Shown in pieces: positions 17,353-27,432 of a stretch of DNA of 45,930 nt. Source of the DNA: Oscillospiraceae bacterium (GTDB lineage Bacteria; Bacillota; Clostridia; Oscillospirales; Oscillospiraceae). Below the pieces are notes generated by a model. It did not search any database and was not told the origin of the DNA. It worked only from the letters and a program-made list of their open reading frames with translations. Positions within the stretch are counted from its first letter, which is position 1. Each line of letters opens with the position of its first letter. A program made the translations under genes and the position numbers. The DNA lies in the NCBI GenBank assembly GCA_902779695.1, contig CACZCL010000013.1, positions 1 through 45,930 on the forward strand, written 5' to 3'.

Positions 17353-18093
17353 TCAAAGTTTCATCAGCGGCACTTTTTCGCCGCAGAGGCGGCGGGCGAT
17401 GTTGCGGCACGCGCGGCGGGCGGGGGAGTAGTAGCCGAAGCGGTGCGCCTGCCCCTTGCCCAGCAGCGCCGGCAGGTCGTCGTCCTCCGGCACGACGCCC
17501 AGCAGCGGCAGCCCCGCCGCGTCCATCGCGTCGTCAAGGTTCGCGCGCAGGGACTTGAGCAGCCTGCGGCGCAGGCGGTTCACCACCAGATGCAGCTTGC
17601 CGGCGGGAAAATCGTGCAGCTCCATGACCGTGCGCTGCGCGTCCCGCAGGCACGCCGGCTCCGTCGTGGACACGACGATCACGCGGTCGGCGTTCGCCGT
17701 GGCGAGGCGGAAGGACTCGCCCAGTCCCGCGCCCGCGTCGATCAGGCAGAAATCGAACGCCTCGCGCACCTGCGCGAGCAGCTCGCGCATCCCGTCCGGC
17801 GCGGCGAGCGACGCCTCCGTCGTGACCGGCGCGGTGAGCAGATACAGCGATTCCAGCGCGGCATGGCGCACGACCGCCTCCTCCAGCGTCGCGCGAGCGG
17901 CGACGACGTCGGAGAAGTCCATCAGCACGCGGTCGGACAGGCCCAGCGCCAGGTCGAGGTCGCGCAGCCCCACGTCGCAGTCGAGCAGCAGCGTGCGTTT
18001 TCCGGACGCCGCCAGCGCCGCGCCGACGAGCGCGGTCAATGAAGTTTTTCCGGTGCCGCCCTTGCCGGACACCACCGCGATCACTTGGCCCAC
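17353..18093 (-). CDS. minD: MinD-like ATPase
   Basis: SGKGGTGKT deviant Walker A, DVGLRDLDL.LGL, DAGAG, LGVVPED. Confidence 0.85.
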   Translation of the reverse strand: MGQVIAVVSGKGGTGKTSLTALVGAALAASGKRTLLLDCDVGLRDLDLALGLSDRVLMDFSDVVAARATLEEAVVRHAALESLYLLTAPVTTEASLAAPDGMRELLAQVREAFDFCLIDAGAGLGESFRLATANADRVIVVSTTEPACLRDAQRTVMELHDFPAGKLHLVVNRLRRRLLKSLRANLDDAMDAAGLPLLGVVPEDDDLPALLGKGQAHRFGYYSPARRACRNIARRLCGEKVPLMKL

Positions 18094-18120
18094 GGCTGTT
18101 CTCCTTTTGCCAGTTTTGCG

Positions 18121-18816
18121 TTACAGCGGGTTCTTCTTGATCCGCCCGAAGGGCCTCGGATAGCCCTGCGGCGTCGGGGATACCTTGTCGATCACCGCCA
18201 CGCGGTGCGAAACCTCGCTCGTCGGGATCCTGTAATCGACGACGCGCGAGAGCCTGCCGCCGAGCCTTTCGATCGCGCGCGCCGCGCGTGCAAGCTCCTC
18301 GTCGCTCTCCGTCCCCTTCATCGCGAGGAACTGCCCGCCGACGGCGACGAGCGGCAGACACAGCTCGCACAGCACCGCCAGCTCCGCCACCGCGCGGGAC
18401 ACGGCAAGGTCGAAGCCCTCGCGCCGGTCGTCGGCGTACTCCTCCGCGCGCGCGTGAACGCACGCTGCGTTTTCCAGCCCCAGCGCGGCGCAGGCGCCGC
18501 GCAGAAAGTCGACGCGCTTGCCGGTGCTGTCAAGCAGCGTCAGCTCCGCCTCTGGGCAGAGGATACACAGCGGCACGCCGGGAAAGCCGGCGCCCGTGCC
18601 CACGTCCACCGCGCGCCTGCCGCGGAAGTCCGCGACGCGCAGCAGCGCCGCGCTGTCGAGCAGGTGAAGCTGCGCGAACGCCGCCTCGTCCGTGATGGCG
18701 GTGAGGTTCATCACGCGGTTCTTTTCCAGCACCAGGCGCGCGAACGCCTCCAGCTTCTCCGCCTTTCCGGGGTCGAGGCCCAGCTCCGCGAGCCCCGCGC
18801 GCAGCAACTCCCGCAT
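18121..18816 (-). CDS. rsmG: 16S rRNA m7G527 methyltransferase
   Basis: MNLTAI, HLLDS, DVGTGAGFPG, RAEE, SRAVA, MKG. Confidence 0.95.
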   Translation of the reverse strand: MRELLRAGLAELGLDPGKAEKLEAFARLVLEKNRVMNLTAITDEAAFAQLHLLDSAALLRVADFRGRRAVDVGTGAGFPGVPLCILCPEAELTLLDSTGKRVDFLRGACAALGLENAACVHARAEEYADDRREGFDLAVSRAVAELAVLCELCLPLVAVGGQFLAMKGTESDEELARAARAIERLGGRLSRVVDYRIPTSEVSHRVAVIDKVSPTPQGYPRPFGRIKKNPL

Positions 18817-18821
18817 ACGGC

Positions 18822-19229
18822 TCAGTTCTTATCCTTCAAAAGATCGCGGATCTCGGTGAGCAGCTTCTCCTCGGCGGAGGGCTCGGGCGGCGCGGCGGGC
18901 GCCTCCTCCTGCTGCTTTTTGAGCTTGTTCATCGCCTTGATGACGCTGAAGAGCACCAGCGCGATCACGAGGAAGTTGACGATCGTGCCGACGAACGTGC
19001 CGAGACCCAGCACGATTGCCTCGCTCTCCTCCGTCGCGGCGCGCAGCGTGATATTCAGCGCGTCCGTGTTGGGGCTGTTGAACAGCGCGGCGAGCAGCGG
19101 CGTGATCACGTCGCTGACCAGCGAGCCGGTGATGGCGGCGAACGCGCCGCCGATGATGACGCCGATCGCCATATCCACGACGTTGCCCTTGAGCGCAAAT
19201 GCCTTGAACTCCTCCAAAAACTTCTTCAT
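18822..19229 (-). CDS. mscL: Large-conductance mechanosensitive channel
   Basis: EFKAFALKGNVVDMAIGVIIGGAF; LLTEIRDLL. Confidence 0.96.
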   Translation of the reverse strand: MKKFLEEFKAFALKGNVVDMAIGVIIGGAFAAITGSLVSDVITPLLAALFNSPNTDALNITLRAATEESEAIVLGLGTFVGTIVNFLVIALVLFSVIKAMNKLKKQQEEAPAAPPEPSAEEKLLTEIRDLLKDKN

Positions 19230-19319
19230 GGTATTCTCCTCCTGTTTATTTGATCTCTCTTTTTACGCCGACTCCGTTTTTTCGCGCCGTCCATGTCCGT
19301 CGGGTTGCGGCGGGAGGCT

Positions 19320-20639
19320 TTATGCCTTGGGGATCAGCCTTTCCGTGCCGCCCATGTAGGGCTGAAGCACCTTCGGGATCTTCACGCTGCCGTCGGCGCA
19401 AAGATTGTTCTCCAGCAGCGCGATCAACATGCGCGGCGGCGCGACCACCGTGTTGTTGAGCGTGTGGGGAAGGTACGTCTTCCCGTCCGCTCCCTTTACG
19501 CGGATGCGAAGCCGGCGCGCCTGCGCGTCGCCGAGGTTGGAGCAGGAGCAGACCTCGAAATACTTCTTCTGGCGCGGGGACCACGCCTCGATGTCGCAGG
19601 ATTTCACCTTCAGGTCGGCGAGGTCGCCGGAGCAGCACTCCAGCTGGCGCACGGGGATGTCCATGCTGCGGAACAGCTCCACCGAATAGCGCCACATCTG
19701 CTCGTACCACTTCATCGAATCCTCGGGCCGACAGACGACGATCATCTCCTGCTTTTCAAACTGGTGGATGCGGTAGACGCCGCGCTCCTCGATGCCGTGC
19801 GCGCCCTTTTCCTTGCGGAAGCAGGGGGAGTAGGAGGTGAGCGTCTGGGGCAGCGAGTCCTCGGGCAGGATCTGGTCGATGAATTTGCCGATCATCGAAT
19901 GCTCGCTCGTGCCGATGAGGTACAGATCCTCGCCCTCGATCTTGTACATCATGGCGTCCATATCGGTCTGGCTCATCACGCCCTCGACCACGTTGCCGTG
20001 GATCATGAACGGCGGGATGCAGTAGGTGAAGCCCTTGCCGATCATAAAATCGCGGGCGTAGGCGATGACCGCCTCATGCAGGCGCGCGACGTCGCCCAGC
20101 AGATAGTAAAAGCCGTTGCCGGACACCCGCAGCGCGGCGTCGATGTCGATGCCGTTGAAGGCCGCCATGATCTCGGTGTGGTAGGGAACCTCAAAATCCG
20201 GCACCGCCGGCTCGCCGAAGCGCTCCACCTCGACGTTGGCGCTGTCGTCCGGCCCGATGGGAACGCTGGGGTCGATGATGTTGGGGATTTGCAGCATCAC
20301 GCGGCGCAGCTTCGCCTCCAGCTCGCCCTCCTGCGCTTCCAGCGCGCTCAGGCGCTCGTCGTTCGCCTTTACCGCCGCCATGTTCTCGTCGATCTGCTTT
20401 TGCAGTGCGTCCTTCTCCGCGCCCTCCGCCTTTTTGAGCCTGCCGAACAGCGGGCCGTTCGCCTTGGAGAGGCGGTTGCGCTCGGCGCGCAGCTCGCTCG
20501 CCTCCGTGATGGCGGCGCGCAGCTTTTCGTCGAGGGCGATCGCCTCGTCGACAAGCGGGAGCTTCGTGTCCTGATATTTCTTTTTGATGTTTTCCCGCAC
20601 CGCGTCGGGATTCTCGCGCACGAATTTGATGTCAAGCAT
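19320..20639 (-). CDS. serS: Serine--tRNA ligase
   Basis: MLDIKFVREN, GTSEH, CFRKE, HQFEKQE, EVCSCSN, HTLNNT. Confidence 0.97.
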   Translation of the reverse strand: MLDIKFVRENPDAVRENIKKKYQDTKLPLVDEAIALDEKLRAAITEASELRAERNRLSKANGPLFGRLKKAEGAEKDALQKQIDENMAAVKANDERLSALEAQEGELEAKLRRVMLQIPNIIDPSVPIGPDDSANVEVERFGEPAVPDFEVPYHTEIMAAFNGIDIDAALRVSGNGFYYLLGDVARLHEAVIAYARDFMIGKGFTYCIPPFMIHGNVVEGVMSQTDMDAMMYKIEGEDLYLIGTSEHSMIGKFIDQILPEDSLPQTLTSYSPCFRKEKGAHGIEERGVYRIHQFEKQEMIVVCRPEDSMKWYEQMWRYSVELFRSMDIPVRQLECCSGDLADLKVKSCDIEAWSPRQKKYFEVCSCSNLGDAQARRLRIRVKGADGKTYLPHTLNNTVVAPPRMLIALLENNLCADGSVKIPKVLQPYMGGTERLIPKA

Positions 20640-20712
20640 GAAACAGGCTACCTTCCTTATTATAATATCACAGAATCTCGTTTTCCACCGTAAAATCGGG
20701 TTTCCTGCGGCA

Positions 20713-20728
20713 TGTTTCACGTGAAACA
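20713..20728. promoter_or_regulatory. parS centromere site
   Basis: TGTTTCACGTGAAACA, perfect 16-bp ParB/Spo0J consensus palindrome. Confidence 0.95.
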
Positions 20729-20750
20729 ACTCACAGGTTTGCACAGGTTT

Positions 20751-21397
20751 TTATGGATTTCCGGCCGACCGGATCAAATCTTCTATCGCTTCCGTTTGCC
20801 GCTCCCAGCGGCTGCCGTTCCATTTTACGAGGTTTTTGTCGGCCAGAGCCGTCATCAAAGCCTGCAGATCCTCCAACGGGTCGTAGGCTTTCCGCTCCTC
20901 CTCGTCCATCGAGTCGTGGATCTCCCGTATCCGCCCTTCGACGTCGTAATCCCACGCGGCGATCCGCAAAGCGGCGGAGCGGTAGTCGCCGGCCTCGCAG
21001 CAGCCGAGAGCGACGTTTACATCCTTGACTGCCTCGTATTGCTCGCCCCATTTCTGCGCATCGTCCCGCGCCTGCTCGAGATTCATCTTCTGGACGTCGA
21101 GTTCGTCTTGCAGGGCTGCCGCCCGATTTCCAAGCTCCTCGACCTCCGCCTCCAACGCCTCGACCTGCCGCTCCAGCGCAGCGTTCCGGTCCATCGTCGA
21201 TTGCAGCTGCGCTGGTTCATCAAAAACGACCACAGCAGCAGGAAAAACGCCACGATGAACAGGAGGAAGATATAGCCGTAGACCTGCTTCTGACCCGTCC
21301 GTTCGTCGACAGGACCGTCGTCCTCGTCCGGCTGCGGCGCCGGGACGGGCGCGGCGACGGGCTCCTCCTTCGGATGCTCATGGATAAAATCGGTCAT
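20751..21397 (-). pseudogene. Membrane-anchored coiled-coil protein split by a frameshift near 21206
   Basis: Frame 1 (from 21397) gives a TM helix ending MNQRS, then Arg-rich nonsense; a second frame continues as coiled coil LQSTMDRNAALERQVE... to 20751. Confidence 0.65.
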
Positions 21398-22281
21398 GCC
21401 TTCGTGTTTCCTCCGTTGCGCTTTTTGATGAGCGCCAGCGCGTCCAGCAGATCGTTCAGGTCGTCCATGCCGTAGTAATCCAGCTCGACGCGCCCCTTCT
21501 TCCTGCCCGGCACGATGCGGCAGCCGCGCCCCAGCTTCGCCGTCAGCTCGTTCGCCGCGAGGCGCGCGTAATCCACCGTGTCGGCCTCGTCCTTCGCCTT
21601 CGCGCGCGGCTTTGCCGAAAGCTTTTTCGCCAGCGCCTCGGTCTGCCGCACGCTCAGCCCCTCGTCCACGACCGTCTGCGCCGCCTTCTTTTGCAGCGCG
21701 GCGGACAGCGGCAGCAGGGCGCGGGCGTGTCCGCCGGAGAGCTTGCCCTCCTCCACCAACGCGCGCACCTCGGGGCAGAGGCCCAGCAGGCGCAGCGCGT
21801 TCGCGACGGCGGGACGCGATTTGCCAACGCGCTCCGCCACCTCGTCCTGCGTCATGTGATAGGCGTCGATCAGCTTTTTGTAGCCCTCCGCCTCCTCCAG
21901 CGGGTCGAGATCCTCGCGCTGGAGATTCTCGATCAGCGCCAGCTCCGTCATCTTGCGCTCGTCCGCCTCGATGACGATGGCGGGGACCTCCTCCAGTCCC
22001 GCGAGGCGCGCCGCGCGCCAGCGGCGCTCGCCCGCGACGATCTGGTAATAGCCGGAGCTGAGGCGGCGCACCGTCAGCGGCTGGAGGATGCCGTGCTCGC
22101 GGATCGAATCCGCCAGCTCCGCGAGCGCCTCGTCGTCAAAGCGCTTGCGCGGCTGGTTGGCGTTGCATTCGACCTGCGAGATGGGGAGCAGGTGCAGGTT
22201 TTCGCTGGCGTCGGTCTTCATCGCCTCCGGGCCGAAGAGCGCCTCCAACCCTTTGCCCAGGCCAAAAGAGGAATTTGCCAT
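21394..22281 (-). CDS. parB: Chromosome partitioning protein ParB/Spo0J
   Basis: [55 protein letters not shown]. Confidence 0.96.
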   Translation of the reverse strand: MANSSFGLGKGLEALFGPEAMKTDASENLHLLPISQVECNANQPRKRFDDEALAELADSIREHGILQPLTVRRLSSGYYQIVAGERRWRAARLAGLEEVPAIVIEADERKMTELALIENLQREDLDPLEEAEGYKKLIDAYHMTQDEVAERVGKSRPAVANALRLLGLCPEVRALVEEGKLSGGHARALLPLSAALQKKAAQTVVDEGLSVRQTEALAKKLSAKPRAKAKDEADTVDYARLAANELTAKLGRGCRIVPGRKKGRVELDYYGMDDLNDLLDALALIKKRNGGNTKA

Positions 22282-22329
22282 ACTGTTTTCCTTTCTTCCG
22301 CGCATCTCCGCCGCGAAGCGGCGCGGGCG

Positions 22330-23103
22330 TTACCGCCGCGCGGCTTCCGGACGGTTCTTCTTCAAAAACTCCCGCGCGAACGCCTCGTACGCCTCGGCGC
22401 CGCGGCTGCCGCGGTCGTAGACGTTGATCGGCTTGCCGTGGCTCGGCGCCTCCGACAGACGGACGTTGCGGGGGATCACGGTCGCGTAGACCCTGCCGGG
22501 GAAGAAGCGCTTGATCTCCTCCGCCACCTGCATCGCGAGGTTCGTGCGCGCGTCGTACATCGTCAGCAGCACGCCCTCCAGCTCCACGTGGGGGTTGAGC
22601 GAGCGCTTGACCAGCTGCACCGTGCTGATAAGGTCGCTGAGCCCCTCCAGCGCGAAATACTCGCTCTGCACCGGGACGAGCAGCGTGTCCGCCGCGCACA
22701 GCGCGTTGACCGTCAGCAGCTCCAGAGACGGCGGGCAGTCGATGAAAATAAAGTCGTAATCGGGGGAGAGGGGGGCGAGCGCGTCGCGCAGCAGGTATTC
22801 CCGCTTCTCGCGGCCCACGATCTCGATGCCCGCGCCCGCGAGCGCCTTGTTCGAGGGCAGCACGTCGCCGTAATGCGTATGGACGACGCTTTTTTGGACG
22901 TCCGTCCCGTTCATCAGAACGTCGTAAACACCCTGCGCCGCCGCCTTGTCCACGCCCATGCCGGAGGTGGCGTTCGCCTGCGGGTCAAAGTCGCACAGCA
23001 GCACGCGCTGCCCGGCCTCGTGCAGCGCGGATACCAGATTGACGCAGGTCGTCGTCTTGCCGACGCCGCCCTTTTGATTCACGATCGCAACGGTTTTTGC
23101 CAT
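22330..23103 (-). CDS. parA: Chromosome partitioning ATPase ParA/Soj
   Basis: NQKGGVGKTTT, DPQANAT, DCPPSL, IPRNVRLSEAPSHG. Confidence 0.96.
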   Translation of the reverse strand: MAKTVAIVNQKGGVGKTTTCVNLVSALHEAGQRVLLCDFDPQANATSGMGVDKAAAQGVYDVLMNGTDVQKSVVHTHYGDVLPSNKALAGAGIEIVGREKREYLLRDALAPLSPDYDFIFIDCPPSLELLTVNALCAADTLLVPVQSEYFALEGLSDLISTVQLVKRSLNPHVELEGVLLTMYDARTNLAMQVAEEIKRFFPGRVYATVIPRNVRLSEAPSHGKPINVYDRGSRGAEAYEAFAREFLKKNRPEAARR

Positions 23104-23301
23104 GCGGACCCCCGCTTTCCTTCGGGAGCCGCCTTTCATACCGATCAGTATAATGGCGCATTCTACCCGATTTTGGTTTTGGTTTATTCAGTATACCACA
23201 AACTCGTCTGATTTCAACCGCAAAATCCCGCTTTTGCCAAAAAACACCGCGCGGCGCGCCGCGGCGCCGGTAGTATCGCAAAAAGCGGCGGAGCGGCGGG
23301 A

Positions 23302-23317
23302 TGTTTCACGTGAAACA
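23302..23317. promoter_or_regulatory. parS centromere site
   Basis: TGTTTCACGTGAAACA perfect palindrome upstream of parA. Confidence 0.95.
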
Positions 23318-23399
23318 ATCCACAGCCGCCCCGTCCGAAACGCCTTATTTTCCGCGGTTTCCGCCTTCAAAAGCGCGGCGCTTCGCCGCGCGGCGGACT

Positions 23400-25274
23400 T
23401 CAATCCGCCTCCGCCTCGATCAGCAGCATCCCCTCGCACGCGCCCAGCGTGAGACGCAGCGTGCCCTGCGATGCGGCGAAGCGCCGCCCCGTCAGAGCGT
23501 CCAGCGCGGCGGGATGCCGCCACGGGAAGGAAAGCCGCGCCGGCTCGTCGCCCGCGTTGCACGCCGCGACGCTGCACTCGCCGCCCGCCGCGCGGCGGAA
23601 CGAGAGCACCGCGCCGTCCACCGCCAGATAGGACAGCTCGCCCTCCCGCAGCGACGCGCGGGCGTTGCGCAGCGCGCCGAGGCGCGTGAAATAGGCGATC
23701 AGCTCATGATCCTCGCGCCCCCAGGGATAGGTCGCGCGGTTGAACGGGTCCTCAAAGCCCTGCATCCCCGCCTCGTCGCCGTAGTAGACGGTGGGGGAGC
23801 CGGGGAAGGCGTACATCACCAGCGCCGCCAGGCGGAGCCGCCGCATCCCGCGGTGGTATTCGCCGGCGTTGAGCAGGATGCGCGCGCGCTCCTCGCGGCT
23901 CTGCGGCCACGCGCCCTCGTAGCCCAGCACCGTCAGCAGCCGGGGCGTATCGTGGGTGGAGAGGAAATTCATCGCGCCGTAGAACGCGGCGGGGGGATAA
24001 TTCTCCCGCAGGGTCTCCATCGCCTCGTAAAAGACCGAGGCGTCGCGCCGCAGCAGATAGCCCAGCACCGCGTCGCGGAAGGGATAGTTCATCAGCGCGT
24101 GGGTCTGCGCGCCGAGCAGATACTTCCGGCGGGTGGAGTAAGCGATCTTGTTCGAGCCGTCCTCCCAAACCTCTCCGATGAGGTAAGCGTCGGGGTTTTC
24201 CTGCTCCATCACGCGGCGGATCCGCTCGATAAAAACGCCCGGCAGCTCGTCCGCCACGTCCAGCCGCCAGCCGGACGCGCCCGCGCGCAGCCAATGGCGG
24301 ACGACGGAATCCTCGCCCCCGATGATGAAATCCATATAGCCCGGATCGGTCTCCTCGACGCCGGGCAGTGTCTTGAAGCCCCACCAGGCGTCGTACTCGT
24401 CCGGGAAGCGGGTGAAGTGATACCAGGAAGCGTAGGGCGAATCCGGGCTCTGCGCCGCGCCGACGCCGGGGTAAAAGCCCTTGGCGTTGAAATAGACGCT
24501 GTTGGAGCCGGTGTGGTTGAACACGCCGTCCAGGATCACGTGGATGCCATGCTCCTTCGCCGTCTCGCACAGCGCGCGGAAATCCTCCTCCGTGCCCAGC
24601 AGCGGGTCGATCCGGCGGTAGTTCGCCGTGTCGTAGCGGTGGTTGGACGCCGCCTCGAAAATCGGGTTCAGGTACAGCGTCGTCACGCCGAGGGAGCGCA
24701 GATAGTCCAGCTTTTCCGTAATGCCGGCGAGGTCGCCGCCGAAAAAGTCGGAGCAGGTGATCTCGCCGTTGGCGTTCGGCAGGTATTCGATCATCTCGTC
24801 CCAGTCGCCGTGCAGCGTCCGCTCGCCCACCATGCCTGCCGCGTCGCGCTTCACGGCGCGGCGGAAGCGGTCGGGGAAAATCTGATAGCTCACGCCGCGC
24901 CCGAACCACGCCGGCGTCCTGCTCGCGCCGTCATAGACGGTCAGCTGCCACGTCGCCAGCTCCTCCCACGGGCGCTCGCCGTTCTTGCCGAAGCAGCTCT
25001 CGCCGCCGTCCGCCCAGAACAGGCGGAAGTGGTACCACACCAGCTCCGGCTCCGCCGGCGCGGTGTAGACGCCGCGAAAAACGGTCCGCCCGTCGGTCTG
25101 CGCGGCGGTCAGCTCCGTTTCCGTCCAGGTGTCGGCAAACTCGCCGTGCGCCGCCAGCACGACGCGCGAGAGCGCCTCGCCCTCTCCGGGGTAGACGCTC
25201 AGCGTCAGCGCCGTGCCGCAGGGCACGGCGCCGTAAGGGGTCTTGCAGCGGCTGTCGCGGGAATCAAAATACAT
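23400..25274 (-). CDS. GH13 glycoside hydrolase (neopullulanase/amylopullulanase-like)
   Basis: YQIFPDRF, DGVFNH, GWRLDVADE, GEVWED, STHD, YYGDE. Confidence 0.92.
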   Translation of the reverse strand: MYFDSRDSRCKTPYGAVPCGTALTLSVYPGEGEALSRVVLAAHGEFADTWTETELTAAQTDGRTVFRGVYTAPAEPELVWYHFRLFWADGGESCFGKNGERPWEELATWQLTVYDGASRTPAWFGRGVSYQIFPDRFRRAVKRDAAGMVGERTLHGDWDEMIEYLPNANGEITCSDFFGGDLAGITEKLDYLRSLGVTTLYLNPIFEAASNHRYDTANYRRIDPLLGTEEDFRALCETAKEHGIHVILDGVFNHTGSNSVYFNAKGFYPGVGAAQSPDSPYASWYHFTRFPDEYDAWWGFKTLPGVEETDPGYMDFIIGGEDSVVRHWLRAGASGWRLDVADELPGVFIERIRRVMEQENPDAYLIGEVWEDGSNKIAYSTRRKYLLGAQTHALMNYPFRDAVLGYLLRRDASVFYEAMETLRENYPPAAFYGAMNFLSTHDTPRLLTVLGYEGAWPQSREERARILLNAGEYHRGMRRLRLAALVMYAFPGSPTVYYGDEAGMQGFEDPFNRATYPWGREDHELIAYFTRLGALRNARASLREGELSYLAVDGAVLSFRRAAGGECSVAACNAGDEPARLSFPWRHPAALDALTGRRFAASQGTLRLTLGACEGMLLIEAEAD

Positions 25275-25326
25275 ATCGCGCCTCCTGTTTCGCCGCCGGG
25301 GACAGAGCGACGCCCCCGGCGCCGTG

Positions 25327-27363
25327 TTACTTGATGAGGATATTCTCGCCGACGACGTTGGGGTCGGCGCCGGTAAAATACGCGTTGAGGATCTTGACCG
25401 CGGTGGACGCCAGCGCGCCGCCCGTGTTGCCCTTTTCGATCACGAGCGCCAGCGCGACCTGCGGATCGTCATAGGGCGCGAAGGCGACGAACACGCCGTT
25501 GCTGATCGAGCCCTTGCCGCCGGTCTGCGCGGTGCCGGTCTTGGCGGCGGCGTCCACCACGCAGTCGGTAAACTCCCGGCGCACGCTGCCGTCGGTGACG
25601 AGCTTGCGCATCCCCGAAAGCACCGCGCGCAGATTCTCCTCGCTGATGGAAACGACGTCCGCGGGCGGCTCGTCGTACACGCGGATGGGCGCGGCGCCGT
25701 CAAACTCGCTGACGTCCTTGAGCAGATGCACGTTGTAGCGCGTGCCGCCGCCGGCGAGCGTCGCGATATAGTTCGCAAGCTGGAGCGGCGTGAAGAGGTC
25801 GTACGCCTGCCCGATCGCCGCCTGCAAGGTCAGGCCGTCGGTCCAGTACTGGCCCTTGAGGGAGTTGACGTATTCGGGCGAGGTCATGGTGCCCAGCGCC
25901 TCCGGGATCTCGATGCCCGTCGGCTGCCCCAGCCCGAAGGCGGCGGCGTAGCGGTCGAGCGTGGAAATGCCGGTCAGCTTGCCGACCTCGTAGAAAAAGT
26001 AGTTGCACGACACGGTGATCGCGTCCGTGACGTTCACCAGCCCGTGGGTGCCGGGCCAGATCCAGCAGTGGTACACCATATCATAATAGGTATAGCGCCC
26101 CAGGTCGCGGATCTTGGTCTGGGTCGTGATCGCGCCGGTCTCCAGCGCGGCGACGGCGACCGCCGGCTTGAAGGTCGAGCCGGGCGCGAACGCCCATTGC
26201 GTCGCGCGGTTGAACATCGGTCGCATCGGGTCGGCGTTGAGCGCGGCAAAATCCTGGTTGAAGGTCTTGCGGGAGAAGGTGGGGTAGGACGCCAGCGCCA
26301 GCGCGTCGCCGCTGCCGATGCGGATCACCGCCGCCGCCGCGCCGCGGTCGATGCCGTCCGCCGCCGTCATCTCCGAAACGGCGTCGGAAAGGATCGCCTC
26401 CACCTGCTCCTGAAAGTCGATGTCGATCGTCAGCGCCACATTGGCGCCCGGCTTCGGCTCGACGGAGTACAGCTCGGAGATGACCTTGCCGTCCTCATTC
26501 GTCGTCACGACGCGCGTGCCGTCCGTGCCGCGCAGATAGTCCTCGAAGGCGTACTCCACGCCGTCGATGCCGACGAGGTCGTTCCACTCGTAGCCCTTGT
26601 CGCGATAATCGTCCCAGTTCTGGATCTTGCCGACGTGGCCGAGAAGATGCGCCGCCGCCTCGGTCTCGTATTCCCGCACGGTGGACGTGCCGACGCGCAC
26701 GCCGCCGTAACCGCCGTCCTTGAGCAGCGAAATGAGCGACACGTCCACGCCGCGCGCGAGCAGGAACGTCCCGTCCCCGTCGAGCTTCGCGGTCGCAAGG
26801 GAGTAGCGAAGGCCCACGAGCGCGCGCTCCCGCGCGGCGTCCAGCCCCGCCTCCACGCCGAACTCCCCAAGCATCCGCTCGTAGATCCCCTGCGCGGAAA
26901 CGCCGTCGCGCAGCTCGTCGGCGGTCATGCCGTCCTCGATCCACTTCTTGCCCGTCAGATACTTCACCAGCATCCCGGAGCGCGAAACGCCGAAGTCGTA
27001 GTCATAGGGCGCGGTGCGGGTCATGGGCAGCTCGTCGTACCACGAAACCCTCTCCCGCTCCAACAGATCGACGACGCGCAGCAGCTCGTCGTTGAGCGCC
27101 TCCGCCGCGACCAGCGAGGGGTCGAGCGTGAGCGTATAGACCGCGCGGTTCGAGACCAGCACCTTGCCGTTGCGGTCGGTGATGACGCCGCGGGACGCCT
27201 CGACGGTCTCCTTGCTCGTGTTCGTGCGCACCGACTGGCTGCGGTAATCCGCGCCGTGCACGATCTGCGCGTCGAACATCGTCGCAAAGAAAACGATCAG
27301 GCACGCAGCGAACGCGGCGGCGAGCGCCAGCAGGCGGTATCGCATTTTTTTCGGTTCATCCAT
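25327..27363 (-). CDS. mrdA: Class B penicillin-binding protein (PBP2/MrdA-like)
   Basis: N-terminal TM, RGVITDRNG, STFK, SCN, KTGT; follows mreCD. Confidence 0.88.
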   Translation of the reverse strand: MDEPKKMRYRLLALAAAFAACLIVFFATMFDAQIVHGADYRSQSVRTNTSKETVEASRGVITDRNGKVLVSNRAVYTLTLDPSLVAAEALNDELLRVVDLLERERVSWYDELPMTRTAPYDYDFGVSRSGMLVKYLTGKKWIEDGMTADELRDGVSAQGIYERMLGEFGVEAGLDAARERALVGLRYSLATAKLDGDGTFLLARGVDVSLISLLKDGGYGGVRVGTSTVREYETEAAAHLLGHVGKIQNWDDYRDKGYEWNDLVGIDGVEYAFEDYLRGTDGTRVVTTNEDGKVISELYSVEPKPGANVALTIDIDFQEQVEAILSDAVSEMTAADGIDRGAAAAVIRIGSGDALALASYPTFSRKTFNQDFAALNADPMRPMFNRATQWAFAPGSTFKPAVAVAALETGAITTQTKIRDLGRYTYYDMVYHCWIWPGTHGLVNVTDAITVSCNYFFYEVGKLTGISTLDRYAAAFGLGQPTGIEIPEALGTMTSPEYVNSLKGQYWTDGLTLQAAIGQAYDLFTPLQLANYIATLAGGGTRYNVHLLKDVSEFDGAAPIRVYDEPPADVVSISEENLRAVLSGMRKLVTDGSVRREFTDCVVDAAAKTGTAQTGGKGSISNGVFVAFAPYDDPQVALALVIEKGNTGGALASTAVKILNAYFTGADPNVVGENILIK

Positions 27364-27432
27364 GAAAGCCTCCATCGCGCCGCGCGCGGCGGTCAAGCGC
27401 GGCCCCCGCCGAAACCGGACGGGATAGCCGGA

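Noticed and set aside
23104-23399. oriC
   Set aside because: Only degenerate DnaA-box-like sequences, with no box cluster, no unwinding element and no dnaA/dnaN.
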